Shown one piece after another: positions 7,556-16,936 of a stretch of DNA of 64,000 nt (position 1 is its first letter; each line of letters opens with the position of its first letter). The DNA is from an uncultured virus (IMG/VR IMGVR_UViG_2061766007_001954) (taxonomy: Duplodnaviria > Heunggongvirae > Uroviricota > Caudoviricetes), in the IMG/VR virus record IMGVR_UViG_2061766007_001954; one strand, given 5' to 3'. Below the pieces are notes generated by a model. That model saw nothing but the letters and a program-made list of their open reading frames with translations. It was not told the DNA's origin and ran no database searches. The translations under genes and the position numbers were made by a program.

Positions 7556-7614
7556 GGATTCCCACAGCAATCATTAAGGATTTGACTTTTAATCAAACAC
7601 CCTATATGGAATCC
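7556..7614 (+). ncRNA. stem-ACAGCAA RNA with Lys(UUU) anticodon stem-loop
   Basis: GGATTCC/GGAATCC, ACAGCAA at 7564, TTTGA-CTTTTAA-TCAAA. Confidence 0.7.
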
Positions 7615-7625
7615 TGTTACTATTA

Positions 7626-7682
7626 AGGGCACACCCAGCAATCTTCTATAACTTTCGTCGTCATCGAAACTATAGGTGTCCT
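7626..7682 (+). ncRNA. stem-(C)CAGCAA RNA with Asp(GUC)-like stem-loop
   Basis: AGGGCAC/GTGTCCT, CCAGCAA at 7635, TTTCG-TCGTCAT-CGAAA. Confidence 0.65.
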
Positions 7683-8219
7683 GTTTATGTTCTGTCGAAA
7701 GCGAGCAGCGTTTCTTTCATCCTTTCTGCGACGCTTGCAATTAGACAGTACAACCCCACTGCCTATGGCTTTGGGTACGGTGAGTGCCGTAAGGCTCGAT
7801 AAGCGCAAGCTGCTCACCTGTTATGCCGAGTAGGGACGGACGTCCAATTCCCCGAAAGGTACCCCGCTATGCCTCTTGACAATGCACACTTTGGCGGGGA
7901 TTTTTGCATTCATTCAGGTTTTGATTACGAGGACGCTTCGTCTTCACAAAGTAATGTTAGCATGCATTAAAAGAAGACCGTTGAAGATACACGAAACGGG
8001 TACACGCTTCGAGTCAATAGACCGGCTAAAGCCGGCTTAGACTCAGCGTACACCCGTTTCGTGTCATCCTAAACGGTATCCCTTCTGTCTTCTGGCCTAC
8101 CGCATCGCTACCGTTCCGATCCAAATGCAAGCTAATGGATCGCTCACGGAGCGATGCTTAACGCCATTTCAACATTCAACATCTAGAAAACCTGATTTCT
8201 CACGAGCTTTGAACAGGCA

Positions 8220-9146
8220 GACGTTTCGTCCGCACAACCGCATGTACGGAAACACTGGAAAACAGCCAATCGTTATGATAAGCCCATGTCAACAGCAGAG
8301 ATGGCCAGCCTACGTCTGGCCATCTCGTCCTCGACATGCATAACGCTTCCGTAAGAGACGAAGCCTCCAGGTAAACCTTCGGTAGGAGTCTTATCCGGAA
8401 GAGGTCGCATGCGCGACTCTCCGGAACGACATCTACCGACAGGTAACCTGGAGGCTCCCTCAATTACTTGAACTAGAAAGCTCTACCTTCGGTTACTCAT
8501 TTGAAATTGCTGGCGTTCCGTCAGCATAGCAACAAACTAACGAGATATTAGATAGACTTGAGAACAAACATAAAACTGATCGAGATTGTCGAGCTTATGC
8601 ACATATGTTATCGAGTTTCACCAATCCATGGAGCAAACTCTCAACATAAATGCATAATCTCTCGAGCTCTACTCAGTTTTATGTCTTGACAGACAAGTCT
8701 TCAGTTCTCAACAGAAAAGAGTAACTAACCTATCACATTGACTTGACAGCGTTCCGCTGCCACAAACGTAATGACCGGTGATGTTAAAAGCATCTTCGTG
8801 CTACGTGCTCGTGCAGCTCCTCCGTCTTCCCATGCGGGAAGCCTGCATAGCTGCACGCTCACCCACCGGGATCCACCGGATCCCGCTGAGGCTCGAGCTA
8901 GAATGTGATAACAATTTGCGTTTGACTTGCGGACGTTTCGTCCGCACAACCTGAACAGTGCATAGCAATAAAAGCATATGATCAGGGATTTTTCGTCTGT
9001 AACGCAGACCGCTACGACGACGTTCCACCAGAGACAGCTCTGGCTACACGTCGTCCCGCGCTGCTACAGCCGAAAAGCACACACATGACTTTAATCTAGA
9101 AACGCAACATTAACAGCTTGACTCGCGGACGTTTCGTCCGCACAAC
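8220..9146. repeat. three dispersed copies of GACGTTTCGTCCGCACAAC
   Basis: Copies at 8220-8238, 8932-8950 and 9128-9146; the latter two read TTGACTYGCGGACG-TTT-CGTCCGC (hairpin). Confidence 0.85.
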
Positions 9147-9377
9147 AGACCAACAATATGGAATAAAAGCGTTCCATCTTACCGGGCGTTGCCCGGTTGG
9201 CTACGGAATGTCATCCTACGGACAGCGTGTATTACTACCGCCCGGTTTCATCTGCTACGCATCTGAAACCGGCTCGGTACTAATACCGGTCCTAGATGAC
9301 ATCCTTCGTCGATTACACAGAAGCTGTTAGGGATGTCCTGCGGGGCATCCCACAATCTCGATTTTTGGAAGCTTGGC

Positions 9378-9827
9378 TTAGGCTTCCTTTTTAGGCATTA
9401 CTGAACCTTCAAGCTTTAAGACGTCTTCTGGAATAGGCCTTGTAACACCTGTACCAGAAGCATTCTCTTTACGGCGCTGATTTGCAGCTTCCAGGATCTT
9501 TGCGCGAAAGTCTTTAGCGATATCCATCATCGTGTCCCATCCAGCCACACCATTACGGGCGTATGCCATAGTAAGATCCATCCACTCAAAGTAGCGTCTA
9601 ACAGCACGTTCGAGTGGAAATAACACATCACGTTGCCCGTTTCGCCCACGTAGTACAACATCGCCAGCTATCGCTTCAAGCAGACCAATTCCATTAAAAG
9701 ACATACGAGCATCTGCAAGGCCGTCATACATAGTAGCGCCAGTATCTGTAGTGACGCCTTTAATAATACCATGGGAGACGTCTGCATCTGAATAGCCACG
9801 ATCGTCGATTTTATCTATATCTGTCAT
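9378..9827 (-). CDS. hypothetical protein downstream of terminase
   Basis: 149-aa ORF with AGGAG RBS. Confidence 0.75.
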   Translation of the reverse strand: MTDIDKIDDRGYSDADVSHGIIKGVTTDTGATMYDGLADARMSFNGIGLLEAIAGDVVLRGRNGQRDVLFPLERAVRRYFEWMDLTMAYARNGVAGWDTMMDIAKDFRAKILEAANQRRKENASGTGVTRPIPEDVLKLEGSVMPKKEA

Positions 9828-9863
9828 AGGAACTCCTGTTATAAATATTATTAAGGTAGCGCA

Positions 9864-12800
9864 TTAGAAATAGTCATCCTCTGGTAATAACACACCAGGT
9901 GCACAATTTCCGCTTATGGCATCCTGGAAGCGTTCAAAGTCACCACGAGGTCCGTATACAGGATCTAACTCATCTTCCTCAAAGAGGTCAGCAACACGTG
10001 TTGTATCATACTGTCTACCTACAGGCAGATAAGCACCCATATGGTCCTGCAACTGACAGCAGGCAAAGTTAATAGCATGTGCAGTATCATCAGGTCGACC
10101 AGCTGCTCGACTAATTAAGATGATAGGATCTCTGCCACGTATCTCACGAGGATCTTCAATGAGTGCAAGGAAATCTCGAATAGGATGACTTTCATCATCG
10201 TGATTAAATCTAGGCAATCTGATTCGTTTAGATTTGATGCCGGCAATGCACATAGCAAGAGAGCGACTCTTATCTGTCACATAGTAGGTCATGTCCTTCT
10301 CGCGTTGCGCTTTAGAAAGACGCATTATATCACCACCGCTAGGTGGACCGTACTGTTGTGGACAAACAGTGACATTCGGAATATCGAGCAAGCCCTCATG
10401 CTTCATGATTTCTGTTCTAACAAAGCCAGCCCCACCATTATCAAAGGCAAAAGCGTTGGCACCAGCACCCATAATCCAATTCATAAGTATACGAGCTTCA
10501 TCAGTAGGAGAAACTCCTTTAGGGATGCGCTCAACATAAAGAACATCTATTGTCTGGTTATCCTTACGAAGCCCGATTATAGCAAATGCTGTGTAGGAAT
10601 CACTGATAGCAGAGCCCCCACCCCAGTCACACCCCACAGTGATGTAAGAATAGTGGTCCTTAACTCGCTGGATATCCTGTGGCGTTTTGATAGTGACAAT
10701 ATTGCCATAAGCATCAATGGGATCAAACTCTGCTGCAGCAAGATCTGCAAGAGTTAGTGGCTTTGTAGAGTCGTCATAAGGCCAGCCAAACAGCTCATTC
10801 CACGCGGTAGCTGTTGGGTATGTATCTATCTTTCTGAGTAGACGGGCCCACTTGTTTTCATGAGCAGCGTGGATTCGGTGGCACGGCTGTGCTAAATGCA
10901 TGCCAGGGAAAGTGAGGGCTCTATCTGGGTAAGCATGAACCCATCCACCATCTTCTACATAAACGGATCGACCGCATTTAGCGCATACAGGACCGCGTTT
11001 ACCAATCATTTTCAGAAGGTCTTGTTCAGGATTGGGTATGTTGAAATAGCCACAATGAGAACAATGTATAATCCATTCTGCCTGACTGGATGTACTCCAA
11101 AGTCTGCTTAAAGTATTGTCTGTAGTCTTAGGTGTGCCTGTATAAATACTAAAGCCCCAGTTAAGAGATGCGGACATACATTCTTCAATAATAGGAATAA
11201 ATTCCCAGTTGAGATCCTGACAATTCTTTGACAGAATCCCACTGGCTAGAACATAGGCGTGTGTGCCCTCTACTTCAATATCATAGCCTGGCAACACACC
11301 TGCATATTCAATATTTATGATTGGATCGAGGAAGAAATCTCCGACCCATTCTGCATCTGCTGGTACAACTCCCAAGCAGTCGGATCCGCCTTGATCTCTT
11401 CCAGATGATATTCCGGATGCTCCGCAGCATATTGCTCGATTAGCTTCTGCTGTGCTTCTGGATCGTCCTTCAGAGCAAGAAGAGGTCCCCTGCGATGTTT
11501 CCAAGCATACCGTTTGGCAGCTTCTGCAGGATCGTTGATAATCTTCAATGCTCTGCGCTTGCGCTGATACGCTAGTTCCCGTGCTTTCACTTCCGGGCGC
11601 TGTCTGTTTTTTCTCTCCAGTTCTAGCATATGCGCATGACGTTCTGGATCCGCTGCTTTTCGTTTGTAGTAAGCATTGCGTTCTGCCTTCAACTTTGCTT
11701 CGTATTCCGGATCGCCCTTCATGCGCTTCCTGTACGCCCTGCGGACCTCGTTGATATGCTCTCTGTTTGCTTGTTGCCAAGCAGCCATTTGAGCAGCACG
11801 ATGTTCCTTCTGTTCCTGGGTCATATTCTCTCTGTACTCCCTGCCACGCTTCCGAAGCTCTTCCCGATGCTCCTCCCGATATGCAGCTCCACGTGCAAGC
11901 ATCTCCTCCAGATGCTCTTCTCGATATTTCAGGTACCACTCGTGCTTGTGTTCCGACTGATAAATCTCCCTGCACTCCCGAGAGCAAAATCCCGACTGAT
12001 TGTGAACGGTGAATTCTTTTCCACAATGCTGACAGATCCTCGTTTTCACTTTGATTTTGTATTCCATGCATTCTGGAACAAACGGTGAGATTAGATTCAT
12101 CAAGGCAAGAAACGCATCCCGGTTCAGACGAATAACATATCCTATATTTCTCGTAGAACTGTGTTTCACCATCATTGGTTTCGCATCCACCCCCCAACGT
12201 GCCCGAAGCCAGAGACAGAGTAGATTGACCTCTTCCTCGCTGAACCCGTTGGTGGATATGCTCCCGCAGTTGTTGTTCTTGTCCCGGCTCCCGTCGTCCA
12301 TGAACCACCAGGCTAGAGCAATCGGATGTGTAATCTCGTTCAAATATTCCACAGTGACTGTTTTTCTCTCTGAGCCCTGTGGACGGAGAAGGGTGTACAT
12401 AGAGTAAAAGATCGGAAGAGCTTTCAAAGTCAATACAATCCAGAAGTCCCCGTAACCTGGATTCTCTGTCACGAACGGAGGACGCGTAGCGAATTCTTGT
12501 AAGACTTCGTACTTGTGAATCACGTAATCCTCTTGCACCTGTCCATGATTCCAACGTATAGCCTGTGTCTTCTCGCCGCTCTTTCTGAGAGATGCATCCC
12601 CCAATAGGCTGCCCATGATTGCATTGACTTGTTCCTCGGTCATCCCGATTTCCGACGCTTGTTCTACTATAGACATATTCAATAATGTCTCCTATGCGCA
12701 TCGGGCCATGGTTAGTAGGCAAAACGTGATCTGCCGTACAAGTCAGTGAGCGACCTGTTTTGGTGGTAACAGTGAAATAGTTTCTGTAGCCGTGGAACGA

Positions 12801-13454
12801 TGCGTCTTTTGTCACCACGCTTACAGTAGCATTCCCGTCAAAGAAATTACACGATAGTACAAAATCACCAGCCCTCACAGCCTTTATAGGTATGCATTTA
12901 GGAGTTCCTAACTTCCTATCAATAATGTAAATAGGTGTATTTTCCCAGTTAGTCTCGTCACATATACATGCAGAGGCCCCTGAAATCCCGCGCAAGCGAT
13001 CTGCCGATACGAAGGCATGCTCCATGAAAGTCATCGAATTATTTCTGAAAACCTTCAGGGTCATCTTGCTCAACTCTAATGGAGAAATGAAATTGTTGAT
13101 AATGGGACAACTACGCAGAATCGGTTGATAGATCGTGTTGTTCAGGCGTTTGATCATCTCGAATTGTGGCTGGACAATCACGGTGTGATAATTTGGTATA
13201 AACATGCTGCGTAAGCCTGATGCACTACATATGCCAACGCTCTTCCCGTTTTGGCGACTAAGCATCAGAAGCATTTGCTGAGGCTGCACAACATTATATA
13301 AAGGAGCTAGCTGAAAGTGGTTTTCCAGCCCCATTCGTTTCCCGTTTAATTCAAACAAAGAAAGGAGCGGAATCAGAGTCTTTAATTCCCCTGATTTGAT
13401 CCGTCTGTAAAATTCTTCAAATTGTCGTTTTAAGTTCGGTGGCAAAGTAATCAT
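9864..13454 (-). CDS. terminase large subunit (lambda gpA-like) with intein
   Basis: Walker A-like SRQNGKS, Walker B CICDE|CQD split by the intein, YTGTPKT, CSHC/CAKC Zn motifs, VGCDWG nuclease motif, PDDTAHA. Confidence 0.88.
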   Translation of the reverse strand: MITLPPNLKRQFEEFYRRIKSGELKTLIPLLSLFELNGKRMGLENHFQLAPLYNVVQPQQMLLMLSRQNGKSVGICSASGLRSMFIPNYHTVIVQPQFEMIKRLNNTIYQPILRSCPIINNFISPLELSKMTLKVFRNNSMTFMEHAFVSADRLRGISGASACICDETNWENTPIYIIDRKLGTPKCIPIKAVRAGDFVLSCNFFDGNATVSVVTKDASFHGYRNYFTVTTKTGRSLTCTADHVLPTNHGPMRIGDIIEYVYSRTSVGNRDDRGTSQCNHGQPIGGCISQKERREDTGYTLESWTGARGLRDSQVRSLTRIRYASSVRDRESRLRGLLDCIDFESSSDLLLYVHPSPSTGLREKNSHCGIFERDYTSDCSSLVVHGRREPGQEQQLREHIHQRVQRGRGQSTLSLASGTLGGGCETNDGETQFYEKYRICYSSEPGCVSCLDESNLTVCSRMHGIQNQSENEDLSALWKRIHRSQSVGILLSGVQGDLSVGTQARVVPEISRRASGGDACTWSCISGGASGRASEAWQGVQREYDPGTEGTSCCSNGCLATSKQRAYQRGPQGVQEAHEGRSGIRSKVEGRTQCLLQTKSSGSRTSCAYARTGEKKQTAPGSESTGTSVSAQAQSIEDYQRSCRSCQTVCLETSQGTSSCSEGRSRSTAEANRAICCGASGISSGRDQGGSDCLGVVPADAEWVGDFFLDPIINIEYAGVLPGYDIEVEGTHAYVLASGILSKNCQDLNWEFIPIIEECMSASLNWGFSIYTGTPKTTDNTLSRLWSTSSQAEWIIHCSHCGYFNIPNPEQDLLKMIGKRGPVCAKCGRSVYVEDGGWVHAYPDRALTFPGMHLAQPCHRIHAAHENKWARLLRKIDTYPTATAWNELFGWPYDDSTKPLTLADLAAAEFDPIDAYGNIVTIKTPQDIQRVKDHYSYITVGCDWGGGSAISDSYTAFAIIGLRKDNQTIDVLYVERIPKGVSPTDEARILMNWIMGAGANAFAFDNGGAGFVRTEIMKHEGLLDIPNVTVCPQQYGPPSGGDIMRLSKAQREKDMTYYVTDKSRSLAMCIAGIKSKRIRLPRFNHDDESHPIRDFLALIEDPREIRGRDPIILISRAAGRPDDTAHAINFACCQLQDHMGAYLPVGRQYDTTRVADLFEEDELDPVYGPRGDFERFQDAISGNCAPGVLLPEDDYF
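11223..12953 (-). mobile_element. intein (577 aa) in terminase at the Walker B motif
   Basis: Block A TNWENTPI, block B LTCTADH, block F GYDIEVEGTHAY, block G ILSKN followed by Cys+1. Confidence 0.85.
11315..12682 (-). CDS. LAGLIDADG homing endonuclease with Zn finger and charged helical tail, nested out of frame in the intein
   Basis: GSLLGDASL and LAWWFMDDGS motifs, CQHC..FCSREC; own AGGAGA RBS at 12688-12693. Confidence 0.88.
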   Translation of the reverse strand: MNMSIVEQASEIGMTEEQVNAIMGSLLGDASLRKSGEKTQAIRWNHGQVQEDYVIHKYEVLQEFATRPPFVTENPGYGDFWIVLTLKALPIFYSMYTLLRPQGSERKTVTVEYLNEITHPIALAWWFMDDGSRDKNNNCGSISTNGFSEEEVNLLCLWLRARWGVDAKPMMVKHSSTRNIGYVIRLNRDAFLALMNLISPFVPECMEYKIKVKTRICQHCGKEFTVHNQSGFCSRECREIYQSEHKHEWYLKYREEHLEEMLARGAAYREEHREELRKRGREYRENMTQEQKEHRAAQMAAWQQANREHINEVRRAYRKRMKGDPEYEAKLKAERNAYYKRKAADPERHAHMLELERKNRQRPEVKARELAYQRKRRALKIINDPAEAAKRYAWKHRRGPLLALKDDPEAQQKLIEQYAAEHPEYHLEEIKADPTAWELYQQMQNGSEISSSIQS

Positions 13455-13687
13455 TGAATAAGCTGTCCTCGCATTTAACGTTTTCCTTACAGTAACATGT
13501 AACCAGGAGGCGTCCAATGCTTGTACAAGCTGCTAAATATCTTAGAGATAAATTGATCGTCCCCGCTAATCGGTATCTGAGAAAAGACGCGTTTGGAACA
13601 GAGCGAACGCAAGAGCGTCGACGCTCGGCGCGTACAGATGTTGTGCCGATTGACAAACGAACACCCTTTGGCAATACCTCTAAGTGA

Positions 13688-14080
13688 ATGAGAACCACAT
13701 TCCGCTGGCTGGCAGCCATCGTGCTGCTGGCCTTTATTTGTATTAACCCGTTAATAATCGGCGGCCTTGTTTTTATTGTATATATCTTCGGCCGCGCTCT
13801 AACCCTGTATACACCTCTTCAGCGATACTCTGCCGTCGGCGTCATGGCCCTGGCTGGTGCTTGCTTCATACAGCTTGCTGCGGCCGTGTTTCCCACGACG
13901 TGGTTGCTGCTGCCGTTCACGATAGTCCTGACAGTTATCGCGGCCAGGAGCATCCTGCGAAGCACTCAAACAGATAAACCTGTGCGCATGCCCAAGCATC
14001 ATGATGACAACGAAATAATCGACGTAGAGGTGATATCAGTAACAACAATAAACAAAAATGACCAGCTACATACCAATTAA
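13688..14080 (+). CDS. hypothetical membrane protein
   Basis: 3-4 hydrophobic segments. Confidence 0.7.
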   Translation: MRTTFRWLAAIVLLAFICINPLIIGGLVFIVYIFGRALTLYTPLQRYSAVGVMALAGACFIQLAAAVFPTTWLLLPFTIVLTVIAARSILRSTQTDKPVRMPKHHDDNEIIDVEVISVTTINKNDQLHTN

Positions 14081-15128
14081 CTGCCTGATATGCAAGCATA
14101 AAACAGTAGTATCAACATGGCACCACCCAGCTGCGTATGTCTGTAAACTGAATGATATGAAGCCTATCTTTGAAAAAGATTGCAATGAAGGCGAACCATG
14201 GAAAGTCAGTCCTCCGCCACCAATAACAATTCATATGGAGGGGCTAGATGGCTGAATCCGTAAGTAGCATCCCGGATCAATGCTGGAGCTGCAGACAGCG
14301 AACCAATATCAGAACAGGTCAATGGACTTTTCAGAACATTTGCAAGATGCACGATGACAAACCGGAATTCGATGCCACTTGCAATGAATATGATCCCTGG
14401 CCTGTTGTGTTAGTGGAATCAGTTGAGGCTGACGATGGTGTTAGGCCAGTACCTGTACCAGCACCTCCTGTAATATGGCGTGACGATGACTGGCTCAATT
14501 GAACCAACCATAAATTCTCCTGCTGCACAATGCCGTAGTTGCAGATGGCTTCAGTATGACTTCATAGATCGTGTAAGATTCATCAGTCGGCATAGCTGCT
14601 ACCTTCAACAAGACTTCAGCCAGGACTGCAATGAATATGAACCGATAAGAATAACTTTCAGGTTTGTAGATTCCGATGGATCAAGTCACACGTGATTACA
14701 AAGCTGTCCCAGAGTTGTGCAAGGATTGCCAGCACTTCCGGCTGGAACACACAGGTGCAAAAGAAACCGGTTATTATTGCGCATTACCAGATAAAGCTCT
14801 TGACAGCAATTGCAAAAGCTTTGAAAGAAGTTATGAATTGGAGCTTTTCTATGGCATGCTTAAGCAGGACCTACTGGAAAGCTTTGTGGGAAAAACAAAC
14901 CACGAGTAAAACATGCACGGTGCAATAGCTTGCTTCGGCTGCGAGAACAATAGAATCTACTGGTCAGATTCCTATAATGGCTGGATACTGGAGTGCAAAG
15001 TCGGATTGTTCAATGACGACAAATACGACTGCAATGAGTATGAGCCGAGGGATCTGGACCAGATCATGACTTACAGACAACCAAAACACAACCAAGAAAG
15101 AGTCAAGTATGACCAAACAAACAGTTAA
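14058..15128 (+). CDS. five tandem paralogous Cys4 microproteins (14058-14255, 14248-14502, 14480-14695, 14676-14909, 14913-15128)
   Basis: Shared CxxC..C..C pattern, mostly ending CNE(Y)(E/D)P; overlapping or adjacent start/stops. Confidence 0.75.
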
Positions 15129-15480
15129 CCAAATCTGCGACCAGCTTACAAAGCTCGCTGACAACTTCGCAGAGAATGAACGCATCATCAGAGCACTTAC
15201 TGAGACAATCAGGCTGATGAAATACGATGTCACCAAAGAAGAGCTGGAAAAGCGGCCTATGGGTGATGAGTTTGAGGAAATCAAACGGATGTTGCGTGAA
15301 TTGCAGTCGGAAAGAGTTAAGAGAGACTATATCGACTCTCCATTTACATATCCGGGACCTGCATATCCGATGAGAATGCCTGATATCACGTGCAATCCGT
15401 GCAGCAGTACACAGACTGTCAGCAGCATCTATGCCGGGGTGCCAGAAACCACTGTTAAGACGCTGAAGGATTATAAATGA
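15109..15480 (+). CDS. hypothetical protein
   Basis: 123-aa ORF coupled to its neighbours. Confidence 0.65.
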   Translation: MTKQTVNQICDQLTKLADNFAENERIIRALTETIRLMKYDVTKEELEKRPMGDEFEEIKRMLRELQSERVKRDYIDSPFTYPGPAYPMRMPDITCNPCSSTQTVSSIYAGVPETTVKTLKDYK

Positions 15481-15897
15481 TCGCCAAGGCATTGAGTCAG
15501 ACAGCCTACTGCATCCTGCGTTCCGAGAATCCTAAAGATCGTAGGGATTGGAAAATGGAGCTTGTAGCTGTCAAGGTAGTCTGTCTGCGTGAGGATGGAT
15601 GCACGATAAGTGTGCTGGAAGGCCGCTGCAAAGGCAGGCAAGTGGAGACGGGGTATGATTGCCTGTTTGAGACACCGAAGGAGGCTTATTTGGCCTTCCG
15701 GCGTACTCTAAAAGGAATCTGGCTGAANNNNNNNNNNCGAGGATGGATGCACGATAAGCGTGCTGGAAGGCCGCTGCAAGGGCAGGCAAGTGGAGACGGG
15801 CTATGATTGCCTGTTTGAGACACCAAAGGAGGCTTATTTGGCCTTCCGGCGTACTCTAAAAGGAATCTGGCTGAAATATCAGAGGGAGCATAGATGA
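15477..15897 (+). CDS. hypothetical protein (~93 aa once the gap duplication is collapsed)
   Basis: ORF broken by the N gap and duplicated flank; its stop overlaps the coaD start (ATGA). Confidence 0.55.
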
Positions 15898-16388
15898 TTC
15901 GTCTGCTATTTACAGGATCTTTTGATCCGATCACGCTGGGACATCTGGAAGTCATCAACAAGGCTGTTAAAGTGTGCGATGAGCTTATTGTTGGAGTTGG
16001 CATCAATACTGAAAAACAGTATATGTTTTCCGATAACGAGCGCATAGATCTTGTACGCCGTGCAATCAGCCAGCAGAAGTACCATGATAAAGTTATCGTG
16101 GCACCTATCCAGGGTCTGGTTGCAGATGCCGCCGTACAATTCAATGTATCCGCTATTGTCAGAGGCATCAGGAACCATGTGGATCTGGATCGTGAACTGC
16201 AGATAGCGCAAATCAACGAAGATCTGCACTATATCGACACGATACTGATACCATCGGATGCGTATGGCTATATAAGCTCCAGTGCAGTGAAGGAAATGGC
16301 GAAACTCGGTGCAGACAAATACAAGCTTGGATTGTTTGTATTGGATTTCGTCGTAGATGCACTGATGGCAAAAGCCAGACATGAATAA
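15894..16388 (+). CDS. coaD: phosphopantetheine adenylyltransferase
   Basis: TGSFDPITLGH, IVRGIRN..D..RE, YISSSAVKE. Confidence 0.92.
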   Translation: MIRLLFTGSFDPITLGHLEVINKAVKVCDELIVGVGINTEKQYMFSDNERIDLVRRAISQQKYHDKVIVAPIQGLVADAAVQFNVSAIVRGIRNHVDLDRELQIAQINEDLHYIDTILIPSDAYGYISSSAVKEMAKLGADKYKLGLFVLDFVVDALMAKARHE

Positions 16389-16936
16389 AACGCGAGAAAG
16401 GCCTCTAGGAGCGCCGATAAGGGTTCACTTCACCAGATTGTCATGTCTGACACTAAGGTAGGCTTAAATCGCCTTCCAGAGGCCTTAATCACCAAACAAA
16501 CTTAATGGAAGGTTCAATATGAAAATAGAGCGTGTATCGGAGTTACACTGATACAGTCAATGTTTGTTCCTCCCCTAACAACCCCTCTTCTTCGCACACG
16601 TAGCACGTGTATACGTACATGCGTACATACGCGCATATGCGCGCTTCTTATACAATGGGGTTAGCCCATCTACACAGCTAATCTTACGCCGACTTGTGGA
16701 TCTAATTTTCCACAACCGGCAATCTCCAGGACTTCTTTCTTATATACTTCTTTCTTCACTACGTTCATCAAGAAGTATCTAAGCAACAAGCCTGTAGAAT
16801 GCCTGTCGGGAAGCTAGTTTCACTAGCCCGTGTAAGACAAGCTCAGTAGATGACTAACCCCCGAAATTTCCGCTGAATTTGACTGGTTTTGGTCGATAAA
16901 ACACAACCAAAACACAGTCTAAAAATCACAGCAAAA

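Noticed and set aside
7690..8070. RNase P RNA or tmRNA
   Set aside because: Structured, and CCGGCTTA occurs, but the GAGGAAAGTCC P4 strand and tmRNA termini were not found.
8220..9146. Possible CRISPR array
   Set aside because: Only three 19-nt copies with 196-712 nt irregular spacing and no cas genes.
15591..15875. Tandem ~137-bp duplication that could look like a DGR TR/VR pair
   Set aside because: It flanks a 10-N gap and the differences are not adenine-specific; assembly artifact.
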